Origin: a virus
Lineage: Duplodnaviria; Caudoviricetes
Direction: 5' to 3' (one strand)
Length of the DNA stretch: 57,054 bases
IMG/VR virus record: IMGVR_UViG_3300048855_000050
Span: 1-57,054 of that record
The position numbers and the translations under genes are program-made. Positions 56,588 through 57,054 of this stretch are shown here, piece after piece (positions within the stretch are counted from its first letter, which is position 1; every line of letters starts with the position of its first letter). The notes below the pieces were generated by a model. That model worked only from the letters and a program-made list of their open reading frames with translations. It was not told the DNA's origin and did no database searches.

Positions 56588-57054
56588 TCGGTAATCCTAA
56601 TGACTGAAGCCGGAGAGCCGGTATTCGGACTACCGGCCTCGGAGCAATCGTCATGCGATCTGGACAAATCGCCTGGGCACGGCGATTGGATGCAGCGCCG
56701 ACGGCGGTAGGTTAGCCCATCGTTATCCGCTGCGAACTGTGCTATGACTAGGGGTGAGGCAGTTCACTAAAGTGCGAGCGCGCTCGGGTCCACTTCGCCT
56801 TTATTCGCGTGCATAGTGCGAGGCGTCCAGGCATCCATACCAGATGCATTTAAAGCGGCGGTGATTTGGACCGACAGCACAGCACTCAGGCATCTTTCCA
56901 TCTAACCTCTGTTATGCCGAACCGCTCCGCTTTCGGTTTACATAGCTTTATTACGGGTTCACGCCGATATTTTGGTATCTCTCCAAAACCAGCATCGACA
57001 GTCGCCCAGTGCCAAGCTTCCTCGTTGTTCATGGCACCGGCTCGCACGTAGAAG

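Larger units (their letters stand above)
1..57054. mobile_element. Lambdoid HK97-like prophage integrated at tRNA-Pro (core to ~51.6 kb; 51.6-57 kb is probable cargo, boundary uncertain)
   Basis: Complete integration, immunity, replication, lysis, head and tail modules in canonical order next to a tRNA 3' end; attR not seen in window. Confidence 0.9.

Noticed and set aside
56600-57054. attR copy of the tRNA-Pro core
   Set aside because: No match to bases 1-30 found by eye; it may lie just outside the window

Overview
The window is essentially one lambdoid, HK97-type siphovirus prophage, most likely from Pseudomonas. It starts in the 3' end of a tRNA-Pro (att site). In order it contains: integrase/xis; a leftward early operon (HNH, C5 DNA methyltransferase, PAPS-reductase-family protein, LexA-like DNA-binding domain, DUF2303) interrupted by small opposite-strand genes; a cI/cro/cII switch with five recognisable operators; Rha-Ant, O/P replication and nin-like genes, including a second intact tyrosine recombinase; a Q-like gene and late promoter; hicAB; holin and spanins; HK97-like head and tail genes; a 2079-aa tape measure, a very small tail-tip module and a Gly-rich fibre; an acyltransferase, endolysin, SGNH esterase and an adenine methyltransferase with an SOS box. 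The right-hand region carries a CheB domain, an umuD-like gene without umuC, a relic tRNA-Thr att half, a diguanylate cyclase and a PL7 alginate lyase. No second copy of the tRNA-Pro core was seen, so the right boundary is at or beyond the window end. The best leads are the operon-embedded second recombinase plus relic att site, the SOS-wired antisense RNA/methylase unit and LexA-fragment genes, the PAPS-reductase/methylase DNA-modification candidate, the acetyltransferase/esterase pair, two families of duplicated small antisense genes, and candidate defence and anti-defence genes. All assignments come from motifs and synteny read by eye; no database search was run.
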